Positions 26,743 to 36,675 of a DNA stretch of 64,000 nucleotides are shown piece by piece. How positions within the stretch are numbered: the stretch's first letter is position 1; every line of letters begins with the position of its first letter. The DNA is from an uncultured bacterium (lineage in GTDB: Bacteria > Actinomycetota > Acidimicrobiia > Spongiisociales > UBA5794). Made by a program: the position numbers and the translations under genes. The stretch lies in assembly GCA_963801165.1 (NCBI GenBank), contig CAWDDT010000009.1, positions 448,001-512,000 of the forward strand. The letters run 5' to 3'. The notes under the pieces were generated by a model. That model did no database searches. It saw only the letters and a program-made list of their open reading frames with translations, and had not been told where the DNA came from.

Positions 26743-28811
26743 CCGTCAACCTCCCATGCGTCGCCTGCTTTGAGGAGATCCGTGCACGTCACTTCACGTG
26801 ATGTATCCAGAACGACCTGCCACTCGAAGCTACTGAGATCATCCGGTACCGAGAAGGTTACCGGCTTGGTATGGGCGTTGAAGAGGAGAACGAAACTGTC
26901 GTCCTCCACCTTCTCTCCGCGCGGGCCCGGTGTCGGGATCAGTTTGCCGTTGAGAAAGACGGCAAGTGACCTGGCGTAACCGATGTTCCAGTCCTCGTCC
27001 GACATCGGCGCACCGTCGGTGTTGTACCAGCCGATGTCGTTGACCCACGCGCCGTGGGTCCTTCGCCCTTCGAACCACCGCCGCCTCCTGAAGACCGGGT
27101 GTTGGTTGCGGAGACCGATGAGCCGTTTGGTGAAACCAAGCAGGAACCGGTCGGTGCTGTCCCAGTCGTACCAGGAGATCGCATTGTCCTGGCAGTAGGC
27201 GTTGTTGTTGCCCTGCTGGGTGCGTCCCATCTCGTCGCCACCGACAAGCATCGGCACTCCTTGCGAGAGCAGCAACGTCATCAGGATCGACCGCTGCCGC
27301 CGCTTCCTGGTCTCGATGATGTCGGGGTCGTCGGTGTCGCCCTCAACACCCGAGTTCCAGGATCGGTTGTGCGATTCACCGTCACGGTTCTCTTCGCCGT
27401 TGGCGAGGTTGTGCTTGTCGCCGTAGGAGACGAGATCGCGGAGGGTGAAGCCGTCGTGGGCGGTGACGAAGTTGATGCTCGCGTGGGGTCGCCGACCCGA
27501 GAAGCCATACAGGTCCGACGACCCGGTGAATCGAGAGGCGAAGTTGGCCAGCGACCAGTCGGTGCCGCGCCAATAGTCACGGACACCGTCGCGGTACTTG
27601 GCGTTCCACTCGGACCACAATGGTGGGAAGTTGCCGACCTGGTAGCCGCCGTCGCCCACATCCCACGGCTCGGCGATGAGCTTCACCCTGTTGACCACCG
27701 GGTCCTGCTGGATGAGGTCGAAGAAGGAAGAGAGCCGATCGACCGAGTGCAGCTCACGAGCCAGCGCAGCCGCCAGATCGAACCGGAACCCGTCGACGTG
27801 CATCTCGGTGACCCAGTAGCGCAGGCTGTCCATTATCAGCTTGAGCACCGCCGGGTGACGCACATTGAGGCTGTTGCCGGTACCGGTGTAGTCGACATAG
27901 CGGCTCGGATCGTCGGGGTCTGTGCGGTAGTAGGTCTGATTGTCGATCCCGCGGAAGCTGAACGCCGGGCCGAGAGTGCCCCCCTCACAGGTGTGGTTGT
28001 AGACGACGTCGAGGATCACCTCGATCCCGGCGCGGTGGAACGCCTTCACCATCTCCTTGAACTCGACGACCTGTTGGCCACGGTCGCCCGCCGCGGAGTA
28101 CGCACCGTGCGGTGCCAGGTAACCGATCGTCGCGTAGCCCCAGTAGTTGACCAGGTCCTTGGTCACCAGGCTGTGCTCGGAGATGAAATGATGCACGGGC
28201 ATCAACTCGACGGCCGAGATGCCCAGCGCCGATAGGTGATTGATGATCGGCTCGCTGGCCATTCCGGCGAACGTGCCCCGCAGCTCCTCGGGTACGTCGG
28301 GGTGTCGCATCGTCATCCCGCGCACGTGGGTCTCGTAAATGACGGACTTGTGCAGCGGGATGCCGGGCGGCGCGTCGTCCCCCCAGTCGAAATGGCTGTC
28401 GACGACGACCGATCGCGGCACATACGCCGCATTGTCGGTCTCGCTGATCCGGTCCGGATGGTGCCATTGATATGCGAAAACCGCCTTCGACCATCTGACT
28501 TCGCCCTCGATTGCCTTGCTATAAGGGTCGAGCATCAGCTTGGCCGGGTTGAACAGCAGACCCTCAGCCGGGCTCCACGGTCCGTGGACCCGGAACCCGT
28601 AGCGTCGTCCCGGAGCGACACCGGGCACGTAGCCGTGATGCGTGAAGGCCGTTATCTCGGCGAGCCTGAGCCTGATCTCGTTGTTCTCGTCGTCGAACAG
28701 ACACAACTCGACACGGTCGGCGTTCTCGGCAAAGATCGCAAAGTTGGTGCCCTCGCCGTCGTAAGTTGCGCCGAGCGGGTAGGGAGAGCCGGGCCAGACC
28801 GAGGCGCTCAA
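26703..28811 (-). CDS. glgX: Glycogen debranching enzyme
   Basis: PGSPYPLGAT, NYWGY, DVVYNH, DGFRFDLA, IAEPWD, AHDGFTL; TTG start overlapping the glgP stop. Confidence 0.97.
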   Translation of the reverse strand: MSASVWPGSPYPLGATYDGEGTNFAIFAENADRVELCLFDDENNEIRLRLAEITAFTHHGYVPGVAPGRRYGFRVHGPWSPAEGLLFNPAKLMLDPYSKAIEGEVRWSKAVFAYQWHHPDRISETDNAAYVPRSVVVDSHFDWGDDAPPGIPLHKSVIYETHVRGMTMRHPDVPEELRGTFAGMASEPIINHLSALGISAVELMPVHHFISEHSLVTKDLVNYWGYATIGYLAPHGAYSAAGDRGQQVVEFKEMVKAFHRAGIEVILDVVYNHTCEGGTLGPAFSFRGIDNQTYYRTDPDDPSRYVDYTGTGNSLNVRHPAVLKLIMDSLRYWVTEMHVDGFRFDLAAALARELHSVDRLSSFFDLIQQDPVVNRVKLIAEPWDVGDGGYQVGNFPPLWSEWNAKYRDGVRDYWRGTDWSLANFASRFTGSSDLYGFSGRRPHASINFVTAHDGFTLRDLVSYGDKHNLANGEENRDGESHNRSWNSGVEGDTDDPDIIETRKRRQRSILMTLLLSQGVPMLVGGDEMGRTQQGNNNAYCQDNAISWYDWDSTDRFLLGFTKRLIGLRNQHPVFRRRRWFEGRRTHGAWVNDIGWYNTDGAPMSDEDWNIGYARSLAVFLNGKLIPTPGPRGEKVEDDSFVLLFNAHTKPVTFSVPDDLSSFEWQVVLDTSREVTCTDLLKAGDAWEVDGWSVVLLQQIEPV

Positions 28812-30808
28812 ACCGGCACGGAGACCCGGTACACGCGGCTGGCGTACTCCTGGAGCATGCGCGATGCCGTGACGAAGGGACCCAGCGTTCGCCAGTTGTG
28901 ACGTACCTTGGCAAGCCACGCGCTGCTCGGGGCGAGACCGCCGTCCGCGTAGTACAGCGGGATTACCTCGTTGGCAAGGACGTCGTAGAGGCTGTTCGCC
29001 TCTTCCATGTCCCTCTGCTCGTGATCCTCGGCCGCCGACGACTCGATGGCCCACCCGTTCTCTCCGTCGAAGCACTCGTCCCACCAGCCGTCGAGGATCG
29101 AGCAGTTGAGTACGCCATTGAGAGCGGCCTTCTGGCCGCTGGTGCCGCTGGCCTCCCGCGGGCGGATCGGGTTGTTCAACCAGACGTCGCAGCCGGCATA
29201 AAGGGCGCGGGACACGGCCATGTCGTAGCCGGGCACAAAGACGAAACGGCCCCGGCTCTCGGGGCTCTCGGCGAAGGCGGCAACTCTGGCGAGGATGGCC
29301 TTGCCCGGTTCGTCCGCGGGGTGTGCCTTGCCGGCGAATACGAACTGGACCGGTCGATCCGGATCGTTGATGAGACTGAGGAGACGCTCCCGGTCACGCA
29401 GCAGAAGATCGGCGCGCTTATAGGTGGCGAAACGACGAGCGAAACCGATCGTGAGAATGCCCGGCTCGAGTCGCGTCGGCCTACCGATGTGACGGTCGGC
29501 CATCTCGATCATCCGGTTGCGACCCACGGCGAATGCGGTCTTGATCTCATCGTCGGTGATGCGGTCGACACGATCCCACACCGTCTTGTCCGGGAGATGC
29601 CACTCGGTGGTGCCGAGCTTGTCGTCAAAGAGATTCTGCAGCTGCGGGGTGACCCAGGTGCGGGCGTGTACCCCGTTGGTCACCGAGCCGATCTCCGATC
29701 CGCCGGGCACGTCGGCGAACATGTGCCGGCTCACCTGTCCGTGCAGCTTCGAGACCCCGTTGCAGCGACCGGCGACGCGGACGCAGAACGCCGCCATGTT
29801 GAAGTGGTTGTCGCTGCCGGGGAGGATGCCGAGCTCGAGGAGCCGGTCCATTTCGATGTCGTTGCGTTCCGCCCAACCACCGAGGTACTTACGCATCAGC
29901 TCGGGGGAGAACCGATCGATGCCGGCCGGGACCGGGGTGTGGGTGGTGAACACGATCCGGTTCCTGACCTCGGCAACCGCCTGGTCGAGCGTATGCCCCT
30001 TGGCGACCTCGTCGGCGAGAAGCTCAAACGCGAGAAAGCCGGCGTGTCCTTCGTTCAGGTGGAACTTCGCCGGCTCGTATCCAAGTTGGCGGATGGCGCG
30101 TACGCCGCCGATGCCCATCAGCAGCTCCTGGCGCATGCGGTGCTCACGATCGCCGGCGTAGAGACGATCCGACACCCGGCGGCCGACCTCGTCGTTGACC
30201 TCGAGGTCCGTGTCGAGCAGGAAGAGACGGGTGGTGCCGACGTTCGCCTGCCAGACGCGGGAGGTGACCATACGTTCTGCCACCTCGAGCTCGACGCGCG
30301 CCGGCGTCGCGGTCAGGGCGAGGAAACGAGGGTTGTTCGTCTCGTATCGTTCCCTCTGGTGGCCGTTCTCGAGCGCCTGACGGAAGAACCCGTCGCGATA
30401 GAAGAGCCCCACGCCGAGCAAGGGCATCCGCAGGTCGCTCGCCGCCTTGAGGTGGTCGCCGGCGAGGACTCCGAGACCACCCGAATACTGTGGCAGCATC
30501 TCGGAGATCCCGAACTCGGGCGAGAAGTATGCGACGGTCTCGTCGTCGTTCAGATGCAGCGGTTTCGGGATCCGGCTGTGTGCGAGCCTGGCGAGCTCGG
30601 TGAACTCAGGATCGGCCAGCAGGCCCGCCCAGTCATCCTCGTTCAGCAGCTTGACCCGCTCGGTGGGATGAAGCGCAGAGTCGCCGTTCATAGCCGGGAT
30701 ACGGCGGAACAGCTCGCGGGCGCTGATATCCCAGGTCCACGAGTAGTTGCTTGCTATCTGGAGCAGCGTACTCTCCAGTTCATAGCGTGATGTTGTGTCG
30801 TCTTGCAC
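28808..30808 (-). CDS. glgP: Alpha-glucan phosphorylase
   Basis: YFSPEFG, YSGGLGVLAGD, HLNEGH, FTTHTPVPAG, TNGVH, ARRFATYKR, EASGTSGQK. Confidence 0.96.
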   Translation of the reverse strand: MQDDTTSRYELESTLLQIASNYSWTWDISARELFRRIPAMNGDSALHPTERVKLLNEDDWAGLLADPEFTELARLAHSRIPKPLHLNDDETVAYFSPEFGISEMLPQYSGGLGVLAGDHLKAASDLRMPLLGVGLFYRDGFFRQALENGHQRERYETNNPRFLALTATPARVELEVAERMVTSRVWQANVGTTRLFLLDTDLEVNDEVGRRVSDRLYAGDREHRMRQELLMGIGGVRAIRQLGYEPAKFHLNEGHAGFLAFELLADEVAKGHTLDQAVAEVRNRIVFTTHTPVPAGIDRFSPELMRKYLGGWAERNDIEMDRLLELGILPGSDNHFNMAAFCVRVAGRCNGVSKLHGQVSRHMFADVPGGSEIGSVTNGVHARTWVTPQLQNLFDDKLGTTEWHLPDKTVWDRVDRITDDEIKTAFAVGRNRMIEMADRHIGRPTRLEPGILTIGFARRFATYKRADLLLRDRERLLSLINDPDRPVQFVFAGKAHPADEPGKAILARVAAFAESPESRGRFVFVPGYDMAVSRALYAGCDVWLNNPIRPREASGTSGQKAALNGVLNCSILDGWWDECFDGENGWAIESSAAEDHEQRDMEEANSLYDVLANEVIPLYYADGGLAPSSAWLAKVRHNWRTLGPFVTASRMLQEYASRVYRVSVPV

Positions 30809-30874
30809 GCTTTTGTCCTTGGGCGTAAGCCGCGATCATATAGTCTCGCGTCGTACCGGGCATCTCAGGGGTTC

Positions 30875-32776
30875 CTATTCCGACTCGTCGTGAGCTGGGT
30901 CACGTATCTCGTGGAGATGCTCGAGTCGCGACAGAATGCCCGTGTCGGTCGTCAGCTGTTCAACCGTCATGGCATGACGGGCTCGCCAATTCGGGCGCTC
31001 CGTGTCGGTTCCGGGAACGTTTTGGCGACGCTCCTCCCCCCACAGATCGTCGACGTTGACGATCGCCACGCTTGCGTCGGAGCGGGCCATCCATTCGAGG
31101 ATCGCGTTGCGGGTGTCATCGAGACCGTCGGTCTGGAGCAGATCCTGCAGGTAATCGAGCGTGTCATCCCGGTCGCGACGAGCCTGATCTCCGCGTCCGT
31201 CGGTGTAGACGCCGAGGTCCTCCCCGTCGTCGATGTCCTGCTTCTCCCACCATGCCGCAAACGGTGGCGTGTCGTGGGTGGCCAGGGCGATCAGCTCCTG
31301 GTCGGTCGGGTCACTCAGACTGTCGACGGCGACCTTCATCCCGAGCAGCCGGTGTCGCTCGAGGGCGACGGTCACCGCCTCGGGGACGGTGCCCAGGTTC
31401 TCGCCACAAACGGCCGCGCCCGCCCGATGGGCTTCGAGACAGAGGATGGCGAACATCTCCTCGGTCGGCTGTAGGACGTACGCCCCGTCCGTTGCGGAGA
31501 GACCGTGCGGCACCCACCAGGCTCGGTGAAGACCCATGACGTGGTCTACCCGGAGTAGACCGGCCACCGAGAGCTGGTGCCGGACCGCCTTTATGAACCC
31601 CACGTGGTGCGCCTCCCTGGCACGTGCCGGGATGGTGGCGGGGAGACCCCATTCCTGGCCGCCGAGGAACAGCGAGTCGGGCGGGGCGCCGACGCTGGCC
31701 GGGGCGAACAGATGTTGCTGGTCCCAGATGTCGTACCCGTCGGGATGGCAGCCGATCGGCAGGTCGAGGTACAGGTATTGGCCCCGGGACGACAGGCGGT
31801 TGCTCAGGTCTCGGAGCTGCTCGGTCGCCAGCCATTGTCCGACGAGGTGATACGCCTCCCGATCGGGATGACCCGTGGCGTCGGCGGGCCAGGCACGCCA
31901 GTTGCGACCATGGCGATCGCACGTAGCGCGGAAGCGGGCGTAGGGGGCGGCGTCGTCGTTGGCGGCGGCAAATTCGTCGATCCGGGTTCGCAAATGTGGC
32001 TGGCGCATCGCCGCCACGGCATAGCCGGCGATTGCCTCGCGGATCCGGGGGGCCGCTACGTCGTAATCGACCCACAGTGGATCGCCGGTGTACTCAGCGA
32101 TCTCGCCTTGCCATCCGGGAGCGGCCGCCAGGTCGACGAAGAGCTCGTTCCAGGCCCGGCGCGACGCCGGCGCATACGGTGAGGGCTGGTCGGCGAAGGT
32201 GGCGACGAGCGGCAATGTCCCGATGACGGTTGCTCCTGTGACCAATGCCGTGTCGGCGAGCTGTCCGAGAAGCCCGATGTTGCCGACGCCGGTGTCGTCG
32301 TGCTCGGTGCGGATCGAATAGACGGGGGCCATGAGCCCCAAGGCGCGCCGGGGGGCGTCGGGGGCGGCGGTTGGAGCAGCGATGACCATCGTCGAACCGG
32401 GTGCGCCCGGAAGGTGAAGATGGTGGTAGCCGAGTGGAAGCTGCCTATCGATCGAAATCTGTCGCTCGTTGATTTGTACCGGGACTTCGTCGGCCTGTTC
32501 GGTCACCAGGTGCGCCGATGAAACCGGTCGGCCCAGCGTCGTTTCCGGGAACCATCCGTCCCAGGCGACGACGACAGGCTCGACGACAGGGCGATGGTTG
32601 CGCAGCTCGTGTGTCAGGGCGGCGATCGATCGAGCCGACTCGAGGTCGCGTCCGGTCAGCGCATGCAGCGTCGCCACCAGGTGCTCGCGAGCAACCTGAT
32701 GCGGCTGCCCCCACACGTCGATCCACTCGGTGAGGACGCCGGCGAGCCCGGCCAGTTCGTGGATTGTGTCTTCGAT
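30875..32776 (-). CDS. malQ: 4-alpha-glucanotransferase (amylomaltase)
   Basis: SPYAPASR, YLDLPIG, GAPPD..GQEWG, RVDHVMGL.R.WW, GENLG, THD, QNVPGT..PNW; conserved N-terminus extends upstream of GTG 32716. Confidence 0.92.
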   Translation of the reverse strand: MEDTIHELAGLAGVLTEWIDVWGQPHQVAREHLVATLHALTGRDLESARSIAALTHELRNHRPVVEPVVVAWDGWFPETTLGRPVSSAHLVTEQADEVPVQINERQISIDRQLPLGYHHLHLPGAPGSTMVIAAPTAAPDAPRRALGLMAPVYSIRTEHDDTGVGNIGLLGQLADTALVTGATVIGTLPLVATFADQPSPYAPASRRAWNELFVDLAAAPGWQGEIAEYTGDPLWVDYDVAAPRIREAIAGYAVAAMRQPHLRTRIDEFAAANDDAAPYARFRATCDRHGRNWRAWPADATGHPDREAYHLVGQWLATEQLRDLSNRLSSRGQYLYLDLPIGCHPDGYDIWDQQHLFAPASVGAPPDSLFLGGQEWGLPATIPARAREAHHVGFIKAVRHQLSVAGLLRVDHVMGLHRAWWVPHGLSATDGAYVLQPTEEMFAILCLEAHRAGAAVCGENLGTVPEAVTVALERHRLLGMKVAVDSLSDPTDQELIALATHDTPPFAAWWEKQDIDDGEDLGVYTDGRGDQARRDRDDTLDYLQDLLQTDGLDDTRNAILEWMARSDASVAIVNVDDLWGEERRQNVPGTDTERPNWRARHAMTVEQLTTDTGILSRLEHLHEIRDPAHDESE

Positions 32777-32836
32777 GGTGGCCCTTATCGACGCAGAGGT
32801 TGCGCATTATGGCTCTTTGACGGCTGACGCCAAACG

Positions 32837-32858
32837 TGTCATTCGTTTCTGAGACAAT
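32837..32858 (+). promoter_or_regulatory. Possible PafBC/RecA-NDp-type leaderless promoter of the SRAP gene
   Basis: TGTCAT-N10-GACAAT, 6 nt before ATG 32865 (consensus TGTCGG-N10-TANNNT). Confidence 0.4.
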
Positions 32859-32864
32859 GCCGTC

Positions 32865-33572
32865 ATGTGCGGACGGTTTGTGCAATCTCATGACGCGGCT
32901 TTCTATGCCGACGCGTTTCAGGTCGAGACGATGCGGACCGAGGGTATCCCCGCCTCATTCAATGTCGCCCCGACCGACAAGATCTATGCGGTCGCCGAGC
33001 ACGAGGGCAGGCGTCAGCTCGGGGTCTTCAACTGGGGTCTGATCCCGTTCTGGGCAAAGGACAGGACGATCGGTGCCCGTAACATCAACGCTCGCGTCGA
33101 GTCGGTTGCGGACAAACCCACCTATCGCGACTCTTTTGCCCGGCGACGGTGTCTGATCCCGGCCGACGGGTTCTACGAATGGCAAGCCCTGCCCAAGGGA
33201 AAGCTCCCCCATTACATCTACAGGCGGGACGACAAGCCGCTGGCTATGGCGGGTCTGTGGGCGAGCTGGAAGGACCCGGAGTCGGGTGAATGGGTGCGAT
33301 CGTGCACGATCATCACCGGCCGGCCCAATGCGATGGTCGCCGAGCTGCATGATCGGATGCCGGTGATCCTCCCCGAGGCTGCGTGGAGTGTCTGGCTCGA
33401 TCGGGGCATTGCCGACCGAAACCTCCTGGAAGGTTTGCTCGGAGTGTTCCCCGAGGAAGAGATGGGTGAGCACCCGGTCGCTACCTTGGTGAACAAGGTC
33501 GCGAACAACTACCCGGAATGCATCGAGCCGCTCGATACGGCCGCCGTCGAGCAATTGCGACTGGGAGGTTGA
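32865..33572 (+). CDS. SOS response-associated peptidase (SRAP/HMCES abasic-site protection)
   Basis: MCGRF, NVAPT, WGLIP.W, INAR.E, RCLIPADGFYEW, HDRMP. Confidence 0.96.
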   Translation: MCGRFVQSHDAAFYADAFQVETMRTEGIPASFNVAPTDKIYAVAEHEGRRQLGVFNWGLIPFWAKDRTIGARNINARVESVADKPTYRDSFARRRCLIPADGFYEWQALPKGKLPHYIYRRDDKPLAMAGLWASWKDPESGEWVRSCTIITGRPNAMVAELHDRMPVILPEAAWSVWLDRGIADRNLLEGLLGVFPEEEMGEHPVATLVNKVANNYPECIEPLDTAAVEQLRLGG

Positions 33573-33638
33573 CACCGACTTGATGTCGGGTCGGCCGTCG
33601 GCGAGATTGCAGTTCCCACGACCCGATGAGGCGAATCG

Positions 33639-34085
33639 ATGCCCGACCAGATACCCCCAGACTTCGAGACCGCTCCCGTCGCGGAGCCGCGGGTGATGTC
33701 GAGCCGCCTCGGCCGTGTGGTTTTCACCGCTCTCGGTTTCCTGTGTCTCGGGCTCGGCATCGCGGGCTATGTGCTGCCGGTGCTCCCGGGAACGGTGTTC
33801 ATCCTGCTCGCCGTGTGGTTCTTCTTCCAGTCGAACGCGAGGATGTATCACTGGGTGTTGAACCATCCCCGTCTCGGACCGACGGTGCGCGCATATCGAG
33901 CCGGCTATGGAATTCGACGACGGATCAAGGTCATCGCGATCACGATGCTTGTGGGCAGCGTCGCGTTCTCCGTCGTCTTTGCAATCGAGAGTATGGGGAT
34001 GCGTGTGTCCCTCATCGCGCTCGGAGCAATCGGGGTCGCGTTCATCCTGACGCGGCCCACCACCGAACGGGTGATGGCCGGCTAG
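33639..34085 (+). CDS. YbaN (DUF454) family membrane protein
   Basis: LG..G..LPVLPGTVF.LLA...F..S.....WVLNHP.LGP. Confidence 0.9.
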   Translation: MPDQIPPDFETAPVAEPRVMSSRLGRVVFTALGFLCLGLGIAGYVLPVLPGTVFILLAVWFFFQSNARMYHWVLNHPRLGPTVRAYRAGYGIRRRIKVIAITMLVGSVAFSVVFAIESMGMRVSLIALGAIGVAFILTRPTTERVMAG

Positions 34086-34088
34086 TTG

Positions 34089-34997
34089 TCAGTTGTCAGT
34101 CGTCTCTTCACCCTCGAGCCGTCTTTTGATGCCGCCGCCCCGCCGTTCATAGATCGTGGGTCTGGGGTTGACCGCATAGTGAGCCAGATCAGCAGATTCG
34201 TCGTTCGTCTCGTCTGCGTTGCCGGTGAGGTCGATTGTCATTCCTGGCCCGGTGAGCCGCACGACCTCGGGCTCGCGCTCTTCTGCGGCGTCGGTGAGCT
34301 CTGTGGTCTCGAGATCGATCATCGACGCCATGATCTCGGTCTGTCCCAGAGTCGACTCGGCGAGATTGCGGAACTGGTCCTCGACCCCGGCGATGGCGGT
34401 GCGCAGCTGCGCGAGGCGTTGCTCGAGCTCGGTGTGCTCCCGCCGCGCTCTGCCCAGGATCGAGCCCGCCTCGTGACGTGCGTTCTCGATTAGCTCCTCC
34501 GAAGACAGCTCGGCAGTGCGGATCAGGGACTCGGCCTCGGCACGCTTGTTGGAATGGAAGTCGTTGATCTCACGCAAGGCGCGAGCCCGAAGCGCCCTGA
34601 CCTCGGAGAGCGCCGACGTGATGAGAGCCTCGCTGCGCTCGTTCCGTCTGCGGACGAGGCCGGCGGAATCGGCGAGGGCGCTTTGCCGGATCTGGTCCGC
34701 GGCTTCTTTGGCACTTGTCACGATCTCGGCGGCCTGTTGCTTGGCCTCGCTGAGTTCGACGGTCGACATTTGCCAGGCCGCCTCACTGTCTGCGGTGAGT
34801 GCCTCGGCGTGCGCCCGGGCCAGGCGCGCCTTCTCCAGGTCGGTGATGGTGGCCCCGGTGGCTTCGCTGGTCTGCGCCTCGTACCTGCGCAAGGTGTCGG
34901 CGAGTCGCTTCATGACGGCATCGACCTCGGCCTTGTCGTAGCCGCGCCGATGCGCCACCAGAAAATGGTGACCCTCAATGAACGCTGAGCGAATCAT
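34089..34997 (-). CDS. DivIVA-domain coiled-coil protein
   Basis: F...RRGYDKAEVD N-terminal motif followed by a long Ala/Glu-rich coiled coil; AGGAGG RBS. Confidence 0.8.
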   Translation of the reverse strand: MIRSAFIEGHHFLVAHRRGYDKAEVDAVMKRLADTLRRYEAQTSEATGATITDLEKARLARAHAEALTADSEAAWQMSTVELSEAKQQAAEIVTSAKEAADQIRQSALADSAGLVRRRNERSEALITSALSEVRALRARALREINDFHSNKRAEAESLIRTAELSSEELIENARHEAGSILGRARREHTELEQRLAQLRTAIAGVEDQFRNLAESTLGQTEIMASMIDLETTELTDAAEEREPEVVRLTGPGMTIDLTGNADETNDESADLAHYAVNPRPTIYERRGGGIKRRLEGEETTDN

Positions 34998-35166
34998 TGC
35001 GCTGTTCCTCCTGGGTCTCCACCCGTCCGGCATCACTGCCTTACCCGAAGAACCGTCGCCGACGCTCGCGCAGTATCCCAGAGCGCGAAATATCAAGCAA
35101 GCACTTCCCGGGAGGTGACCCAGGCCGCTTGCCTGTGCACCCGGTGCCTCATAGCCTGTAGCTGCC

Positions 35167-35376
35167 ATGGAGAGGATCACCGTCGACATCGAGAAGGAGT
35201 GGCTGTCGGTCGCCGACATCTGCCGGTATATGGACGTCTCTCCCTACGTGGTGACGAGTCAGCTGCGGTCCGGTGACTTACCTGCGGTCAAGTTCGGCCG
35301 TCAGTGGCGTATCGCCCGCGAGGACTTCGAGCTGTGGTTGAACGAGCGGCGCATGGCGGGAGGGCAGGAGCGATGA
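35167..35376 (+). CDS. Excisionase-like (HTH_17/BldC-type) DNA-binding protein
   Basis: WLSVADI..YM.VS.......RSGDLPAVKFGRQWRI. Confidence 0.88.
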   Translation: MERITVDIEKEWLSVADICRYMDVSPYVVTSQLRSGDLPAVKFGRQWRIAREDFELWLNERRMAGGQER

Positions 35377-35660
35377 CCACCGCACCGATCGAGGTCGATC
35401 GGCCGGCGGGCTCCGACGATATCGCCTACAGCCCGACCTGGGACGTCGTTGTTTGGAACGACCCGGTGAATCTGATGGTCTATGTCGTCTGGGTGTTCCG
35501 AACCCTCTTTGGATACCCTGAGGCGCAGGCGACTCGTCTCATGCTGCAGGTCCACAACGAAGGACGGGCGGTTGTTGACTCCGGCCCTCGCGAGCAGGCG
35601 GAGATGAGCGCGTTCCGGCTCCACCACCACGGCTTGTGGGCGACGTTGGAGAAGAGATGA
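35373..35660 (+). CDS. clpS: Clp protease adaptor ClpS
   Basis: VVWNDPVNLM.YV..VF..LFGY, LMLQVHNEGRAVV..G.RE, GLWAT. Confidence 0.95.
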   Translation: MTTAPIEVDRPAGSDDIAYSPTWDVVVWNDPVNLMVYVVWVFRTLFGYPEAQATRLMLQVHNEGRAVVDSGPREQAEMSAFRLHHHGLWATLEKR

Positions 35661-36133
35661 GCCGGTTCTCCGTAGTACCCTGCGGTATCGAGGTGTCGCT
35701 GATCGGGCCCGAGATAGCGGTGCTCTACCAGCTGGGTAGCCTGCTCGGGGCGGCCGGGGTCGATAGGAATGATCCTGCCCGGGCCCGGCTGATTCCGCAG
35801 ATCTATCCCGACGACGAGCGGGCGTCGCGGGACTTCGATCGGTTTGGCGAGAAGGAGCGGGTCGAGGTCCGCTCTGTCGATCGTGAGATCTTCAACGAGG
35901 GGCTCGACAACGCAGTCGGCGGACCCATGGTGCTAACCGACGAGGAAGCGGCCGCATGGGCGCGAGTACTCGGCGAGGCGAGGATCGTTCTCGGCGCCCG
36001 CAAGGGTCTCTTCGAGAACGGGCTGCCGGAGCAAGCGGGGAGGGATCCGGAAGTGGCGCTCGTCACGTTTCTCGGCATGCTTCAGGAAGAGCTGGTTGGC
36101 GAGATGTTGACGAGGCTGGGGGAGGCAAAGTGA
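35657..36133 (+). CDS. DUF2017 family protein
   Basis: DPARARL.P..Y.DD, AAAW...L..AR..LG; conserved position downstream of clpS. Confidence 0.85.
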   Translation: MSRFSVVPCGIEVSLIGPEIAVLYQLGSLLGAAGVDRNDPARARLIPQIYPDDERASRDFDRFGEKERVEVRSVDREIFNEGLDNAVGGPMVLTDEEAAAWARVLGEARIVLGARKGLFENGLPEQAGRDPEVALVTFLGMLQEELVGEMLTRLGEAK

Positions 36134-36621
36134 CCGATCGTCGCGACGAGTACGAGCCGGGCGAATCCGGGGAGCACCCGGCCCGGCCGACCGAGCACAG
36201 AAAGCCGCGGGATCCGGCGACCACCCTGACGACGGCGCTCGTCGTCTATATCTTCATCAACCTGGTACTCGCTCTGCCGCTGGTGATATTTCCGGTCACG
36301 TATTTCAAGGCGATCGGTCTCGATGGCGCGACGGCCGACTTACTCGGGGGGCTTCGTTGGGTGGGTGCCGTCCTGCTGGCGTGGTCGATCACCGCCATCG
36401 CGGTGATGGCGAGACCGGCAGGCCGCGGCGTGTTCGTCACCGCCGGGGCGACGCAGCTGACACTTGGGGCCGTAGGATTCCTGTACTCGCTCTCGGTCCA
36501 CGAATACCACTGGAGTGCCTGGTACCAGTGGCTGTGCACCATTGTCCTGACCGCGGGAGCGGTCTACATGTGGTGGGCCCGGCTGAGTGGGCGCAAGCTG
36601 CTGCGCGGTCCTGCGGAGTGA
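36130..36621 (+). CDS. Hypothetical 4-TM membrane protein
   Basis: GTGA overlap with DUF2017; four hydrophobic helices. Confidence 0.75.
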   Translation: MTDRRDEYEPGESGEHPARPTEHRKPRDPATTLTTALVVYIFINLVLALPLVIFPVTYFKAIGLDGATADLLGGLRWVGAVLLAWSITAIAVMARPAGRGVFVTAGATQLTLGAVGFLYSLSVHEYHWSAWYQWLCTIVLTAGAVYMWWARLSGRKLLRGPAE

Positions 36622-36675
36622 CGGTTCTTCGCCCTCGCCGACTAGCGTTGAGAACCGATAGACGGAGGAACGTTT

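Noticed and set aside
35167-35376. Excisionase as a sign of prophage or ICE
   Set aside because: No integrase, att site or phage genes; coupled to housekeeping clpS.
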